DNA from: Archangium sp.
GTDB lineage: Bacteria; Myxococcota; Myxococcia; Myxococcales; Myxococcaceae
DNA: 64,000 nucleotides
Direction of reading: 5' to 3'
Assembly: GCA_031367385.1 (NCBI GenBank)
Contig: JANLPS010000117.1
Span: forward strand, 1 to 64,000
Shown here in pieces: positions 39,128-49,284 of this stretch. Every line of letters starts with the position of its first letter. Position 1 is the first letter of the stretch. The translations under genes were made by a program, and so were the position numbers. The notes under the pieces were generated by a model. That model made no database searches and was not told the DNA's origin. It saw only the letters and a program-made list of their open reading frames with translations.

Positions 39128-40657
39128 ATGAAAACGACCAAAACGTTGCTGACCGCCGCCGTCATGTCGCTGATGGCCTGCGCGACCGCGAACCCCGAAG
39201 TGAAGCCCGTCGAGACCGCTCCGACGGTCGACCCGGTGGCACAGAAGGCCGCGGCCGACGCCGAGGCGAAGCAGAAGTTGCTGGCGACTCCGGGGGCGCC
39301 CGATGCCGAGTTTCGAATGGCGCAGCCCTCACCCGCGCAGGGCTCGGCGACCTTCACCGCCCCGGTGCCCACTGAGAAGAAGCTGAAAAACGGAGCGCGG
39401 CTGCTGGTGGTCGAGAACCACGCGGTGCCGCTGGTCTCGGTCGACATCGCGATACCGGTCGGGGCCGACGTCGATGCGTTAGACAAGACGGGCCTGGCCG
39501 GCTTCACCGCGACGATGCTCGAAGAGAGCACGCTCAAGCACACCAGCCTCGAAATGGCCGAGGCGATTGATGACCTCGCGCTGCACCTCGACTCGAGCGC
39601 GGGCACCGAGACGTTGCACCTGACCATCAACAGCCTGAGCGAGACGTTGCCGCAGGCGCTCGACCTGTTGGCCGAGGTGCTGATGCAGCCGGCGTTCAAG
39701 ACCGATGACGTCGAGCGCGTTCGCAATGTGTTGCTGACCGGGTTGGTGCAGAAGAAGGCCTCACCGGCGGCGATGGCGAGCGATCAGGCATCGCGGTTGT
39801 TCTACGGCGCGAAGCACCCGCTGGGGCAGCCGCGCGGTGGCACTCCCGACACGATCAAGGCGATCACGGTGGCCGACCTGAAGAAGTTTCACGACACCTG
39901 GTACCGCCCCAATGGCGCGGTGATCGGCGTGTCGGGCGACGTGACCGCGGCCCAGATGCAGACGTTGCTCGAGGCGCGCCTCGCCGGGTGGAAGCCGAAG
40001 GTCACCGCGAAGCCGAAGTTGCCGGCGGCGCCTGAGATGCCGCGACAGGTGGTGCTGGTCGACAAGCCGGGCGCGACCCAGTCACAGGTGTGGGTGATGG
40101 GCCGGCTCTTCGCCGCGAAAGACGCCGATGCGGTGGCGGTGGCGGTGGCCAACAACGTGGTCGGCGGGCTGTTCGGCAGCCGGTTGAACATCAACTTGCG
40201 CGAGACCAAGTCGTGGAGCTACGGGGTGCGTTCGCGGCTCGACCTGATGCGCACCGGTGGGTTGGTGCTGGCGTCGGGCGGTATTCAGGCTCCGTACACG
40301 GCCGAGGCGCTGGGAGAGTACTACAAAGAGCTCGAGGCGTTCTCGAACGGAGACCTGCGTGAGGGTGAGCTCGACCGCGCGAAAGAGGCGATTATTCGGG
40401 CGTTACCTTCATCGCTCGAGACGAATACCGCGGTGGCCGGGTCGATGACCAACCTGGCGCTCAACGGGTTGCCGCTCGACTACTTCGCGACGCTGCCGGC
40501 GCGGGTGGCCAAGGTCGACGCGAAAGAGGTCGCCCGGGTGGCGAAGAAGTACTTCACCGTCGCCAAGATGCCGGCGGTGATCGTCGGCCCCAAAGAGCTG
40601 AGCCAAGAGAAGCTGACCGCGATGAAGGTCGGCGATGTGACCTTGCCGGCACCGTAA
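39128..40657 (+). CDS. M16 peptidase non-catalytic partner subunit (lipoprotein)
   Basis: SLMAC lipobox; lacks HxxEH; GG.F.SRLN.NLRE.K..SYG (R/Y motif). Confidence 0.88.
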   Translation: MKTTKTLLTAAVMSLMACATANPEVKPVETAPTVDPVAQKAAADAEAKQKLLATPGAPDAEFRMAQPSPAQGSATFTAPVPTEKKLKNGARLLVVENHAVPLVSVDIAIPVGADVDALDKTGLAGFTATMLEESTLKHTSLEMAEAIDDLALHLDSSAGTETLHLTINSLSETLPQALDLLAEVLMQPAFKTDDVERVRNVLLTGLVQKKASPAAMASDQASRLFYGAKHPLGQPRGGTPDTIKAITVADLKKFHDTWYRPNGAVIGVSGDVTAAQMQTLLEARLAGWKPKVTAKPKLPAAPEMPRQVVLVDKPGATQSQVWVMGRLFAAKDADAVAVAVANNVVGGLFGSRLNINLRETKSWSYGVRSRLDLMRTGGLVLASGGIQAPYTAEALGEYYKELEAFSNGDLREGELDRAKEAIIRALPSSLETNTAVAGSMTNLALNGLPLDYFATLPARVAKVDAKEVARVAKKYFTVAKMPAVIVGPKELSQEKLTAMKVGDVTLPAP

Positions 40658-40662
40658 GGCCC

Positions 40663-41535
40663 TCAACGCGGGCGAAGCCCCAACAGCACCCGCGCCTCGG
40701 CTGGGCTGGCCACCGCCCGGCCCGACTCGATTGCAATCTTCGCCATCGCCTCGATGAGGGGGCCGTTGCTGGCCGCCCGCGAGCCATCGGGCAGATAAAA
40801 AGTGTCCTCCAGGCCCGTTCGCAGGTCACCGCCGAGCTCAGCGCAGCGCCGATGCAGGGCCCAGACCTCTTGCCGCCCGATGCCGATGACCTGCCAGTGC
40901 GTGCCCGGCAGCATCTCGTCGAGCAGCAGCGGCAACCACGACGGCTTATTCGGCATGCCCGACTCGACGCCCATCACCAGCGAAAGATGCGGAGGGTTCG
41001 GCACCAGGCCACGCTTCGCGAACATCGCCACGCTGCGCACGATGCCGGTATCGAAGCACTCGCACTCGGGCACGACGCCGAGGCGCTTCATTGCGTGAGC
41101 AAACAGCTCGATTTTCTCGACCGGGTTGTCGAAGAGAATCGGCGGCCAGGCCCACTCGGTGTTCGACCGAAGCTTCAGGTAGTTGAGTGAACCCGCGTTC
41201 AGCGCGGCGATCTCGGGTTTGACCCGCTCGAGGCAAGCAATCGGAGCGCTCACGTCGGGCCCGATGACCCCGGTCGACATGTTGATGATGAGGTCAGGCA
41301 CCTCGGCGCGAATCGCTTCGATGATCGCCTGCGCGACGTGGGGCTCCCACGAGGGCAATCGGCCCTGACCGGGCGACTGGTCGCGAAAGTGACAGTGCAC
41401 GATCGATGCGCCGGCATCTCGCGCGCGCCTCGCCTCCTTCGCCATCTCTTCGGGCGTCACCGGCACGTGGTGCTGGGTCGGGTCGGTGAGCGTACCCGTC
41501 AGCGCACAAGAGATAACCGCTTTCGCGTCTGCCAT
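40663..41535 (-). CDS. BKACE family (DUF849) beta-keto acid cleavage enzyme
   Basis: ISCALTG, PVTPEE, AGASIVHCH.R, PE.ECFD.G, RTGLED, SN..L. Confidence 0.88.
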   Translation of the reverse strand: MADAKAVISCALTGTLTDPTQHHVPVTPEEMAKEARRARDAGASIVHCHFRDQSPGQGRLPSWEPHVAQAIIEAIRAEVPDLIINMSTGVIGPDVSAPIACLERVKPEIAALNAGSLNYLKLRSNTEWAWPPILFDNPVEKIELFAHAMKRLGVVPECECFDTGIVRSVAMFAKRGLVPNPPHLSLVMGVESGMPNKPSWLPLLLDEMLPGTHWQVIGIGRQEVWALHRRCAELGGDLRTGLEDTFYLPDGSRAASNGPLIEAMAKIAIESGRAVASPAEARVLLGLRPR

Positions 41536-41600
41536 CTGCGCACCCTACTGGTCGAAGCACCGGCTGGCCCGCGGAAGTTGTGCACCTAAGTGGTCCCCGC

Positions 41601-41935
41601 GCATTTCAAAATCATTTTGCGGTTCGAAAACGTCGATCGGCGCGAGAAAGTTGTGAACGCAAGTGCGCTTCCGGCATTTCGAAATCATTTTTCGGCTCGA
41701 AAACATCGATCGGCGCGCGGAAGTTGTGACCGCAAGTGCGCTTCTGGCATTTCAAAATCATTTGGCGGGTCAAAAACACCGATCGGCGCAGGGAAATCGG
41801 GGGCGACGTACCGTTTCGGCATTTCAAAATGATTTTGGCGGGTCGAAAACACGATCGGGGCGGGAAACCGGGTTTCGAATCGCCGTTGCGGCATTTCGAG
41901 ATCGGTCGGCCGGTCGAGAACCTCGAGCGGTGATG
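41601..41935. repeat. Intergenic tandem repeat, five degenerate units of 72-73 bp
   Basis: GCATTTC starts at 41601, 41674, 41747, 41819, 41891; conserved head GCATTTCRAAATSATTT...TCGAAAAC..CGATCGG. Confidence 0.85.
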
Positions 41936-42016
41936 GTCGGTGCGCCCGATTCAGGGGCAGACTCTCGTCAATTTAAGATGGTTCGAGTCCCTCCCCATGA
42001 ACGGGGCGGCCTTGAG

Positions 42017-42814
42017 TTACTTCGGCGGCATCATCCGCTCGACGCTGCGGTGAAAGAGCTGGTGGTACACGCTGTTGGGCAAGAACCGCTTACCGAACCA
42101 TGCCGCCGCCCCGTCGCGATGCGGCAAAATCACGTCTTCACCCCGCGCCGCGCCATCGACGATGCGGTCGGCGACCTGGGCCGCCGTCAATTTCCCCTTC
42201 GCGAGCATGCGCGCCATCGTCACCTTCAACGTCGGGTCAGCCGTACGCATGCTCTCTTCGAGGTTGGTCTGAAAGAACGACGGGCACGCCACGCTGACAT
42301 GCACGCCGTGGGTCCACAGCTCCTGCCTCAACGTACCGCTGAGCGAGACGACCCCCGCCTTCGACACGTTGTAGGAGCCCATGTTCGGCACATCGAGCAA
42401 CCCAGCCATCGACGCGATGTTGATGATGAGCCCACTGCCCTGCTTCTTGAGCATCGGCGTGAACACCTTGCACCCGCGCACCACGCCGAGCAGGTTGATG
42501 TTGAGAATCCACTCCCAGTCGGAGATGGGCACTTCATCAATCGGCCCGGCCTGTGCGACACCGGCGTTGTTGACCAGCACATCGATGCCGCCCCAAACAG
42601 CCACGAGCTCGTCGGCGACGGCCTTCAAGTCTGCCTCTTTGGTGACGTCGCACCGGCGGTACATCGCGTCGGCGCCTAGCTCGAGCCTGGTCGCCTCGCC
42701 CCGCAGGTCATTCAAGTCGCCAATGCACACCTTCGCGCCGTCGCGCATGTACCGAAGTGCCATGGCGCGGCCCAAACCGCTGGCTCCGCCGGTGATGAAG
42801 ACTCGCTTGGTCAC
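42017..42814 (-). CDS. Short-chain dehydrogenase/reductase
   Basis: TGGASGLG, NNAG, YNVSK; GTG start with AGGAGG RBS. Confidence 0.9.
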   Translation of the reverse strand: MTKRVFITGGASGLGRAMALRYMRDGAKVCIGDLNDLRGEATRLELGADAMYRRCDVTKEADLKAVADELVAVWGGIDVLVNNAGVAQAGPIDEVPISDWEWILNINLLGVVRGCKVFTPMLKKQGSGLIINIASMAGLLDVPNMGSYNVSKAGVVSLSGTLRQELWTHGVHVSVACPSFFQTNLEESMRTADPTLKVTMARMLAKGKLTAAQVADRIVDGAARGEDVILPHRDGAAAWFGKRFLPNSVYHQLFHRSVERMMPPK

Positions 42815-42825
42815 GGTGACACCTC

Positions 42826-44262
42826 CTACCAACTGGCTCGAACGGGCCGGCCTTCTTCAAACCCGGCATGGCTTTGAATGCCGATCAGCGCATTGCGGTG
42901 AAATTCTTCGAGCGATCTCGCCCCAGCGTAGGTGCAGGCGCTGCGCAACCCAGCGATCGCATGGTCGATGAGGTCTTCGACGCCAGGCCGGTCGCTCTGC
43001 AGATACATGCGAGAGGTCGAGATGCCCTCTTCGAACAGCTCTTTGCGCGCGCGCTCGAACAGCGAGTCATTGCGGGTGCGAGCCTTGACCGCGCGTTGCG
43101 AGGCCATGCCGAAGTTCTCTTTGTAGAGCCTGCCGTCGCTGTCGCGCATGACATCAGCGGCGCTCTCATAGGTGCCGGCGAACCACGAGCCGATCATCAC
43201 GGTCGACGCGCCGGCGGCGATCGCGAGGGCGACGTCTCGAGGGTGGCGAATGCCTCCGTCGGCGCACACATGCTTGCCGTGCTTGCGTGCTTCAGCCGCG
43301 CAATCGAGCACGGCCGAGAACTGCGGCCGCCCGACGCCGGTCATCATGCGCGTGGTGCACATCGCGCCAGGCCCGACGCCCACCTTCACCAGGTCGACGC
43401 CGGCAGAGATCAAGTCGCGCACGCCATCTTTGGTGACCACGTTGCCAGCCATGATCGGCACGGTCGGGTTCAGTTTTCTGACCACCTCGACGGCCTCGAA
43501 CATCTTCAATTGATGCCCATGCGCCGCGTCGATAACCACGAAGTCGATGCCAGCCTTGAGTACCGCTTCGGCGCGGGCTTTGGCATCGGAGCTGATGCCG
43601 ATCGCGACCCCCACCTTGAGGCAGCCCTTCGCGTCGAGCGCGGGTTTGTACAGCGTCGAGCGCAGCGCGCCTTTGCGAGTCACGACGCCAATCAACCGGC
43701 CTTCCTTCAGCACCGGCGCACACGAGAGCCGTCGGCCCGAGAGCTTGTCGAAGATGGTCTCGAGCGGCGTGCCGGCCTCAATCGTCATCAAATCAGTCGA
43801 CATCACCCGTTGCAGCTGGGTGAACCTGTCAACGCTCACCGCATCGCTCTCGGTGAAGATGCCGACCGGGTTCTCATCGTGGTCGACGATGATCACCGCG
43901 CCGTGGGCCCGCTTGTGAATCAAGTTGAGGGCTTCTTGAACGGTATCGGTCGGCTTCAAGACGATCGGCGTCTCATAAATCGGGTGCCGCGCCTTCACTG
44001 AGAGAATGTTCTGCTCGACGATGTCGACGGGGATGTCTTGCGGCAGCACCGCGATGCCACCACGACGCGCCACGGTCTCGGCCATGCGCCGCCCGGCCAC
44101 CGCGGTCATGTTCGCGACGATGATCGGCAGCGTCAGGCCCAGCCCATCTTTGGGCGACAAGTCGACTTCGAGCCGAGACCCCACCTCGGAGCGCGCCGGC
44201 GCCATGAAGACGTCGTTGTAGGTCAAGTCATACGGCGGAGCCGCGTCGTTCAGAAATCGCAT
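42826..44262 (-). CDS. guaB1: GuaB1-type IMP dehydrogenase/GMP reductase family protein with CBS domains
   Basis: DLTY.DVF, ANMTAVAGRRMAETVARRGG, KVGVGPGAMCTTRMMTGVGRPQFSAV, FEEGIS, GLRSACTYAGA. Confidence 0.88.
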   Translation of the reverse strand: MRFLNDAAPPYDLTYNDVFMAPARSEVGSRLEVDLSPKDGLGLTLPIIVANMTAVAGRRMAETVARRGGIAVLPQDIPVDIVEQNILSVKARHPIYETPIVLKPTDTVQEALNLIHKRAHGAVIIVDHDENPVGIFTESDAVSVDRFTQLQRVMSTDLMTIEAGTPLETIFDKLSGRRLSCAPVLKEGRLIGVVTRKGALRSTLYKPALDAKGCLKVGVAIGISSDAKARAEAVLKAGIDFVVIDAAHGHQLKMFEAVEVVRKLNPTVPIMAGNVVTKDGVRDLISAGVDLVKVGVGPGAMCTTRMMTGVGRPQFSAVLDCAAEARKHGKHVCADGGIRHPRDVALAIAAGASTVMIGSWFAGTYESAADVMRDSDGRLYKENFGMASQRAVKARTRNDSLFERARKELFEEGISTSRMYLQSDRPGVEDLIDHAIAGLRSACTYAGARSLEEFHRNALIGIQSHAGFEEGRPVRASW

Positions 44263-44269
44263 CGCGCAG

Positions 44270-44929
44270 TTATGCCTTCGCCGTGACGATCTTGATGTTG
44301 AACGTGCCGCTCTTCACCGCGCCGTAGGTGCGAAGCCACAGCGGGAGGTACATCTCAGGCCCGCGCGCGGTCGTGATGTCGCCAAGGTCGACGATTTCAC
44401 CAGGCTGCCAGCCAAACTCCGAGAGCACGCCGCGCACCGAGTCTTTGGCCGCCGAATCATTGCCCGAGACGAAGACGGTCGAGGTATCGGCGAGCGCGCG
44501 GGGGTTCACCATCACGCTGCAGTTCATCGTGTTGAGCGATTTGACGACCCGCATCTTGGGAAACGCGCGCTGAAGCTGCTCGCCCAGCGAATCGGTGTTC
44601 ACGACCGACAGCGTGGGAGGAAACCCCTTCGAGCCATCGAGTGCGTTGGAGATGTCGATCAACACCTTGCCGTTGAGGTTCTCTTCTTTCGCCGCCTTGA
44701 GCGCGTCAAGAGAGGCCTCACCCTTGGTGCAGTTGAAGAGCAGCTCACCGAAGGCCGCGGCGTCAGCGAAGGTGCCATGACTGGCCCTCGAACCTGACGA
44801 CTTCGCCCACGCGGAGGCCTTCTCATTCGTCGCCGAGCGCGAACCCAGCTTCACTTCATGACCCAAATCGACCAGCCGTCGGCCGATGGTCTCGCCAACG
44901 ACACCGGTACCGAGAACGCCGAATTTCAT
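44270..44929 (-). CDS. NADP-dependent oxidoreductase, F420_oxidored family
   Basis: Start MKFGVLGTGVVG; GSR, LID..N, VVK.LNT, DLG. Confidence 0.82.
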   Translation of the reverse strand: MKFGVLGTGVVGETIGRRLVDLGHEVKLGSRSATNEKASAWAKSSGSRASHGTFADAAAFGELLFNCTKGEASLDALKAAKEENLNGKVLIDISNALDGSKGFPPTLSVVNTDSLGEQLQRAFPKMRVVKSLNTMNCSVMVNPRALADTSTVFVSGNDSAAKDSVRGVLSEFGWQPGEIVDLGDITTARGPEMYLPLWLRTYGAVKSGTFNIKIVTAKA

Positions 44930-45060
44930 GTGTCCCGCCTTGTAAGAGGGGCGCAGAACCCCGAAGGCCCGGATGCATGCGCCGAAACGGTCGAGGTCGC
45001 AACCACTGCTTTTGAGGCGGCGCAAGGTCTGCAAGACCGGCTCACGCCTCGGCCGGCACG

Positions 45061-48000
45061 TCAGCGTCGACGGCGCGCTCCACGTGATTTCGAAACCAGC
45101 AGCAGCCAGAACAACGCGTTGCATGCGCCCAGACCGGTGCTCGAGCAGCCACCGCTCTGCTTCGGCACGCTCGACACGACCTCGACGCGGTAGGTCGCCA
45201 AGCCACGCAGCTCAGAGCGAGCCGCGCCGACTCCGACGGTGAACGTGAACGCACCGAGGTCACTGCCGACGGTGCCGTTGAGCAGACCCGTCGGTGACAG
45301 CGAGAGACCCACCGGCAACCGGCCATCGCGAACAACCCAAGTGGCTTGAGGCTGAGACGGAGCGGCGATCAGCTGTGCCGACACGCTCGTGCCGGGCGTC
45401 ACCGAGCCGGGGATCGGCCCCGACACGCTCACGGCCGACCCGAAGATGAGCACGACCGCGTTGAGCCCCGCGACTCGGCCGCGTGAATCAACCGCTTCAA
45501 TGCGAAACGCGAACAACCCGGTTCGAACGGGCGTGCCCGACACCGCCACGGTGTCTGCGGTGCTGTTTTCGAAGCGCAACCCGTCTGGGAGCGTGCCGCT
45601 GATGACGCTCCACGTCACTGGCGTCGCGACCGGGGTGTTGTTGGCGTTCTTGACCGCGAGCAGGGCGAGGTAGTCGCTGCCGACGACTCCGTCGGGCAAC
45701 GAAGTCGAGATGATTTGAAACGGAGCGGCGTCGACCACGGTCACCGTGAATGCTCTCGAGTCGCTGTTGCCGACGGAGTCGCGCACGGCGATGACGAACG
45801 TGGCCGCGGTGCCCAGCGCGTCATTCGGAGCGCCCGAGAGGTGGCCAGAAGACGTGAGCGCGACTCCGCCGGGCAGCTCGCCAGAGACAATCGACCAGGT
45901 GTAGGGCGCGCGACCACCGGCAGCACCGAGTTGGGCGTCATACGGCAGCAACCGTACCGGGGCAGGGAGCGACGAGGTCGTGATCGCAAGCGACGAGGTG
46001 GCGTTGACGATTCGCAGGGTGAGCTGGGCCTGCGTCGAGCGCCCTTGTGAGGTCACGGTGACGGTGAACCCAGAGGCGCCGCTCGTGGTTGGCGTGCCGG
46101 TGAGCGCACCAGTGGGGCTGACCGTCAACCCGGCCGGGAGATTCGCCGCAGCCCAGGTGTAGGTGTTGCCACCGCGCGCAGCGAGAGCCACGGCGTACGG
46201 CTGACCAACGAGTGCGTCAGGCAAGGTCGAAGAAGTCACCGCCAAAGCCTGAGCGACCACCTGCACCTGCTGCCCCGCGAGCCCGTTGTCATCGCGCGAG
46301 CTCTCATCGATGAGCCCCTCGGGGTCGACCAGCACGCCGAGGTACAGCACTGCCGTGCTCACCCCAGGAGGAATCACGACGAGCTCGTTGGCGGAGTCTT
46401 GCGCTCCCACGCCGAGGTCGATGGCGCGCTCATTGACCACCCCAGCCGCGGTTTGAATCGGGAGCAGCGTGTCTTCGACCGTGATCTGCGTGTTCGCCGA
46501 CAGGTAGTAGCGGTACTTGACGCCCGTCGCCGGCCGGTTGCCGAAGTTCGCGAGGGTGCGGGTGACGGGCACGCTCTCTCCAGCCCCGACGCGTTGAGGG
46601 CCACGAACGCTGAGCGGCAACACATTGGGCGCGGGGCCGCGAACCAGGGTCGGCACCGAGGCGATGGCATTGTTCGCTGAGTTCGTCTCGCCCAACCCTG
46701 GCGCGATGGCCGCGGCGAAGAAGAAATACGGCTGCGGCAGCAAGAGCACGTTGGCTGGCGACCTCGTCGGCACATTCGCGGTGAGCGTCACCAGCCTGGT
46801 TTCGCCAGGCGCGAGGGTCAGCCCGGTGATCGAGCCAATCGTCGCGTCAGACAACCCGTTCAAGGTCTCATTGTCTGACAGGTAGAACTGCACCGAGACG
46901 TTCGCCGCCACAGAACCGCCCTGGTTTCGCAGCTGCGCGTCGATTCGAATCGATTCGCCGAAGAAGGCCGTCGCCGTCTGCTCGAAGGGCGCGGCCGCGC
47001 GACGCACGGTCACCAAGTCCATCACCAGGTCGGGCTGCAACACCCTGAGCTTCGACGAGCTGAACACCAGGTTGTTGCTCTTGCTCGCTTCGATGATCAC
47101 CCCTGGCGAGTCATCGAGCTGCAGGGCCAACGAATACGTGTCGGCCGCGATGTTCGAGGGCATCGTGAAGGTGAGGTTTTGCCGTACAGACTCGCCACCC
47201 GCGACGGCGAGGGTCGTCGAGTACAGCAACCGATCGGTCGCATCGAGCTTGTTGTCGACCGACGCCCAGACGCGAATGGGCACGGGCGCGTTCGCAGGGT
47301 CGAAGCCCTGATTGGTGAAGGCGATCGGCACGGTCAACGAATCACCCGGGCCTGTGGTCAGCGGCGCGGTGATTCGCTCGGCCACCAGATCGACGCCCGC
47401 GCTGTACGGCACCGAAGTGGCCGCGGTGTTGTTCGAGCGGCGATCAGGTGGCTCCCCGGCCGCGTTCTCGAGATCAACGGAAGCCAAGATGTACGACGCG
47501 CTGCAGGCTTCGCGACGGTGCCGGTCGAGGTCACCAGCCTCGTTTCGTTCGGCGCGAGTGAGGCGACCGCAATCGGAGTCGGCGTCAGCTCGACGTCACC
47601 CGAATCGACGATGGTATCTTGCGACAGGTACAGGCGGTAGCTGAAGCCGCCCGACGCGACGGTGCCGAAGTTTCGAATTCGAAGCTCGGTCGCGATGGTC
47701 AAGGTGCCAGCGTTCTGTGTGATCGAGGTCGCGCGCAGCGCAGTGGCTTGCAGGTCGACCCCAGGTGGAGGCCCGAACTTGAGGTAGGTGATGCCCGGGG
47801 CCATCGCTCCGCCGTCGGGGTTCGGGGGCGAGAGACTCGAGAGGGTGCAGAGGGCTCCGCAGGCAAATGGAGCCGTGCCCGCGCCTCCGGTGGGTGACTC
47901 GATGCCGATGGTCGCGCTCAAAGCAGCGCCGTTGCCCTCCATCGTGCCGTAGAGAAACTCGATGATGCCGTTCTCCCAGAGCCGAAGCTGAAAGGTCAGT

Positions 48001-48491
48001 GAGTAGGCGCCGAACTCGCGGTTCCAATCGTTCCATTCGATGGCGAGGCCGTTGCCATTCGTGCCGTTGAGGGCCTGGCTTCGCACCGCGCTGCCGGGGT
48101 TGTTGCCGATGAGGTCGTCCCAGAATGGGGCGAGCAGACCGTTGGGCGCCGTGGTGTTGGGCAACGCGAAGTTGAGAATGTAATTCGCGTTCGAATCGGG
48201 GTCAGGCTCGAAGAACGCGAGGCCGTTCGCGGTGACGGTGACGCTCGTGTAGTTGCGATCGTAAAACGGAAAGGTGAAACCCAACGGCACGATGGCCCGG
48301 CCGCGATCGAGGTTGGGCACTCCGCCGTCAACGGTGAGGGTGACGGGAGTCGAAGCGGTCAGCGCCGGATAGGGGACTCCGGCGAGCGGGGTCGCGACGT
48401 ATTGCGCGAGCGCAGGGGCGGCGACGAGCAGCGCCAGCAAGAGGCTCGACCTCCTGCACGAGCCCGAGCCCCCATGACCGCAAAACGGCAT
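45061..48491 (-). pseudogene. Frameshifted CARDB/putative-Ig surface protein with MYXO-CTERM-like tail (ORFs 47358..48566 and 45061..47487)
   Basis: 5' ORF has a signal peptide, GFTFPFY...LAPFWDDL domain and the start of a CARDB; 3' ORF continues SYILASVD..N...E..R.NN, CARDBs, He_PIG-like repeats and SGGCSSTG...RRRR; frame change near 47498. Confidence 0.75.
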
Positions 48492-48513
48492 TGGGCGCTT
48501 ATACCCGGCGGCG

Positions 48514-49089
48514 TTAAAACGCGTAGCCGACAGTGACGCGAACGCTCGGCGTGACGCGCAGCCCATCGGTCAGGGTTGGGTTCGTTCGCTCCCACACGCC
48601 GCCGTCGAACGCCGCCGTCAGCAGGCATGGCAACGCGAAACAACTGGGGGTCGAGGCCCTCGTACCGCTGCGAACATCGAGCATGTCAGCGCCGCCGCCG
48701 GCTGAAAACTCGAAGCCGTTGTCGAACTGCCACGCGTACCCCAACAGCAACCCGCCACCGAGCGCGCGGTACGGCACGGTTTCGAAGGTCGCCGTGGTCG
48801 CCATGGCGTGTGCGTCAAGAAAGAACGATTCGAGCGCCTCACGCGGGTAGAAGCGGGCGCCAAGTGAGCCCGTGATGCCCTTCGCGGGTATCGAGCCTTC
48901 GACGCCCGCGAAGATCGTGAAGTGTTTCGCGATCGCCCGCTCGTACTCAGCGCTCGCCGCCAACGAGACAATCGATTGAGGGCCGGTCGAGACGTGATTC
49001 TTGCGAGCTGAGACCACGACCGGGGTCGCGTCGTCGGCCAACGCGAGCTGTGCGGTCAAGATCAAGACAAGAGCGATGAATCGGTACAT
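48514..49089 (-). CDS. Small outer-membrane beta-barrel protein (DUF3575-like)
   Basis: Signal peptide; EYER, GARFYP, LGYAW, C-terminal VGYAF. Confidence 0.65.
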   Translation of the reverse strand: MYRFIALVLILTAQLALADDATPVVVSARKNHVSTGPQSIVSLAASAEYERAIAKHFTIFAGVEGSIPAKGITGSLGARFYPREALESFFLDAHAMATTATFETVPYRALGGGLLLGYAWQFDNGFEFSAGGGADMLDVRSGTRASTPSCFALPCLLTAAFDGGVWERTNPTLTDGLRVTPSVRVTVGYAF

Positions 49090-49284
49090 GGGCGAAACCC
49101 TTTGAAGTGAGTGATTGGGCTGCAGGTGTGCAGGGCGCAGGCCCGCCCTCGAGGGTCGAAAGAACGAGGGGTTTCGCGAAGTCGGCCGCCCGCGTGTGTG
49201 CAGCCGATTGCACGTCTGTGTGAGGGGGTTCGCCTTGCTCGGGTGACAACGTGCGGGCAATTTCGCGTATACACCGGCCCGCGC

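Noticed and set aside
41601..41935. Canonical CRISPR array
   Set aside because: Repeats are too divergent, the first two spacers are nearly identical, and no cas gene is in the window
49092..49215. Structured RNA between divergent genes (GCGAAACCC/GGGTTTCGC; GTGCA-N6-TGCAC)
   Set aside because: Short inverted repeats could be chance or ordinary operators; no family features recognised
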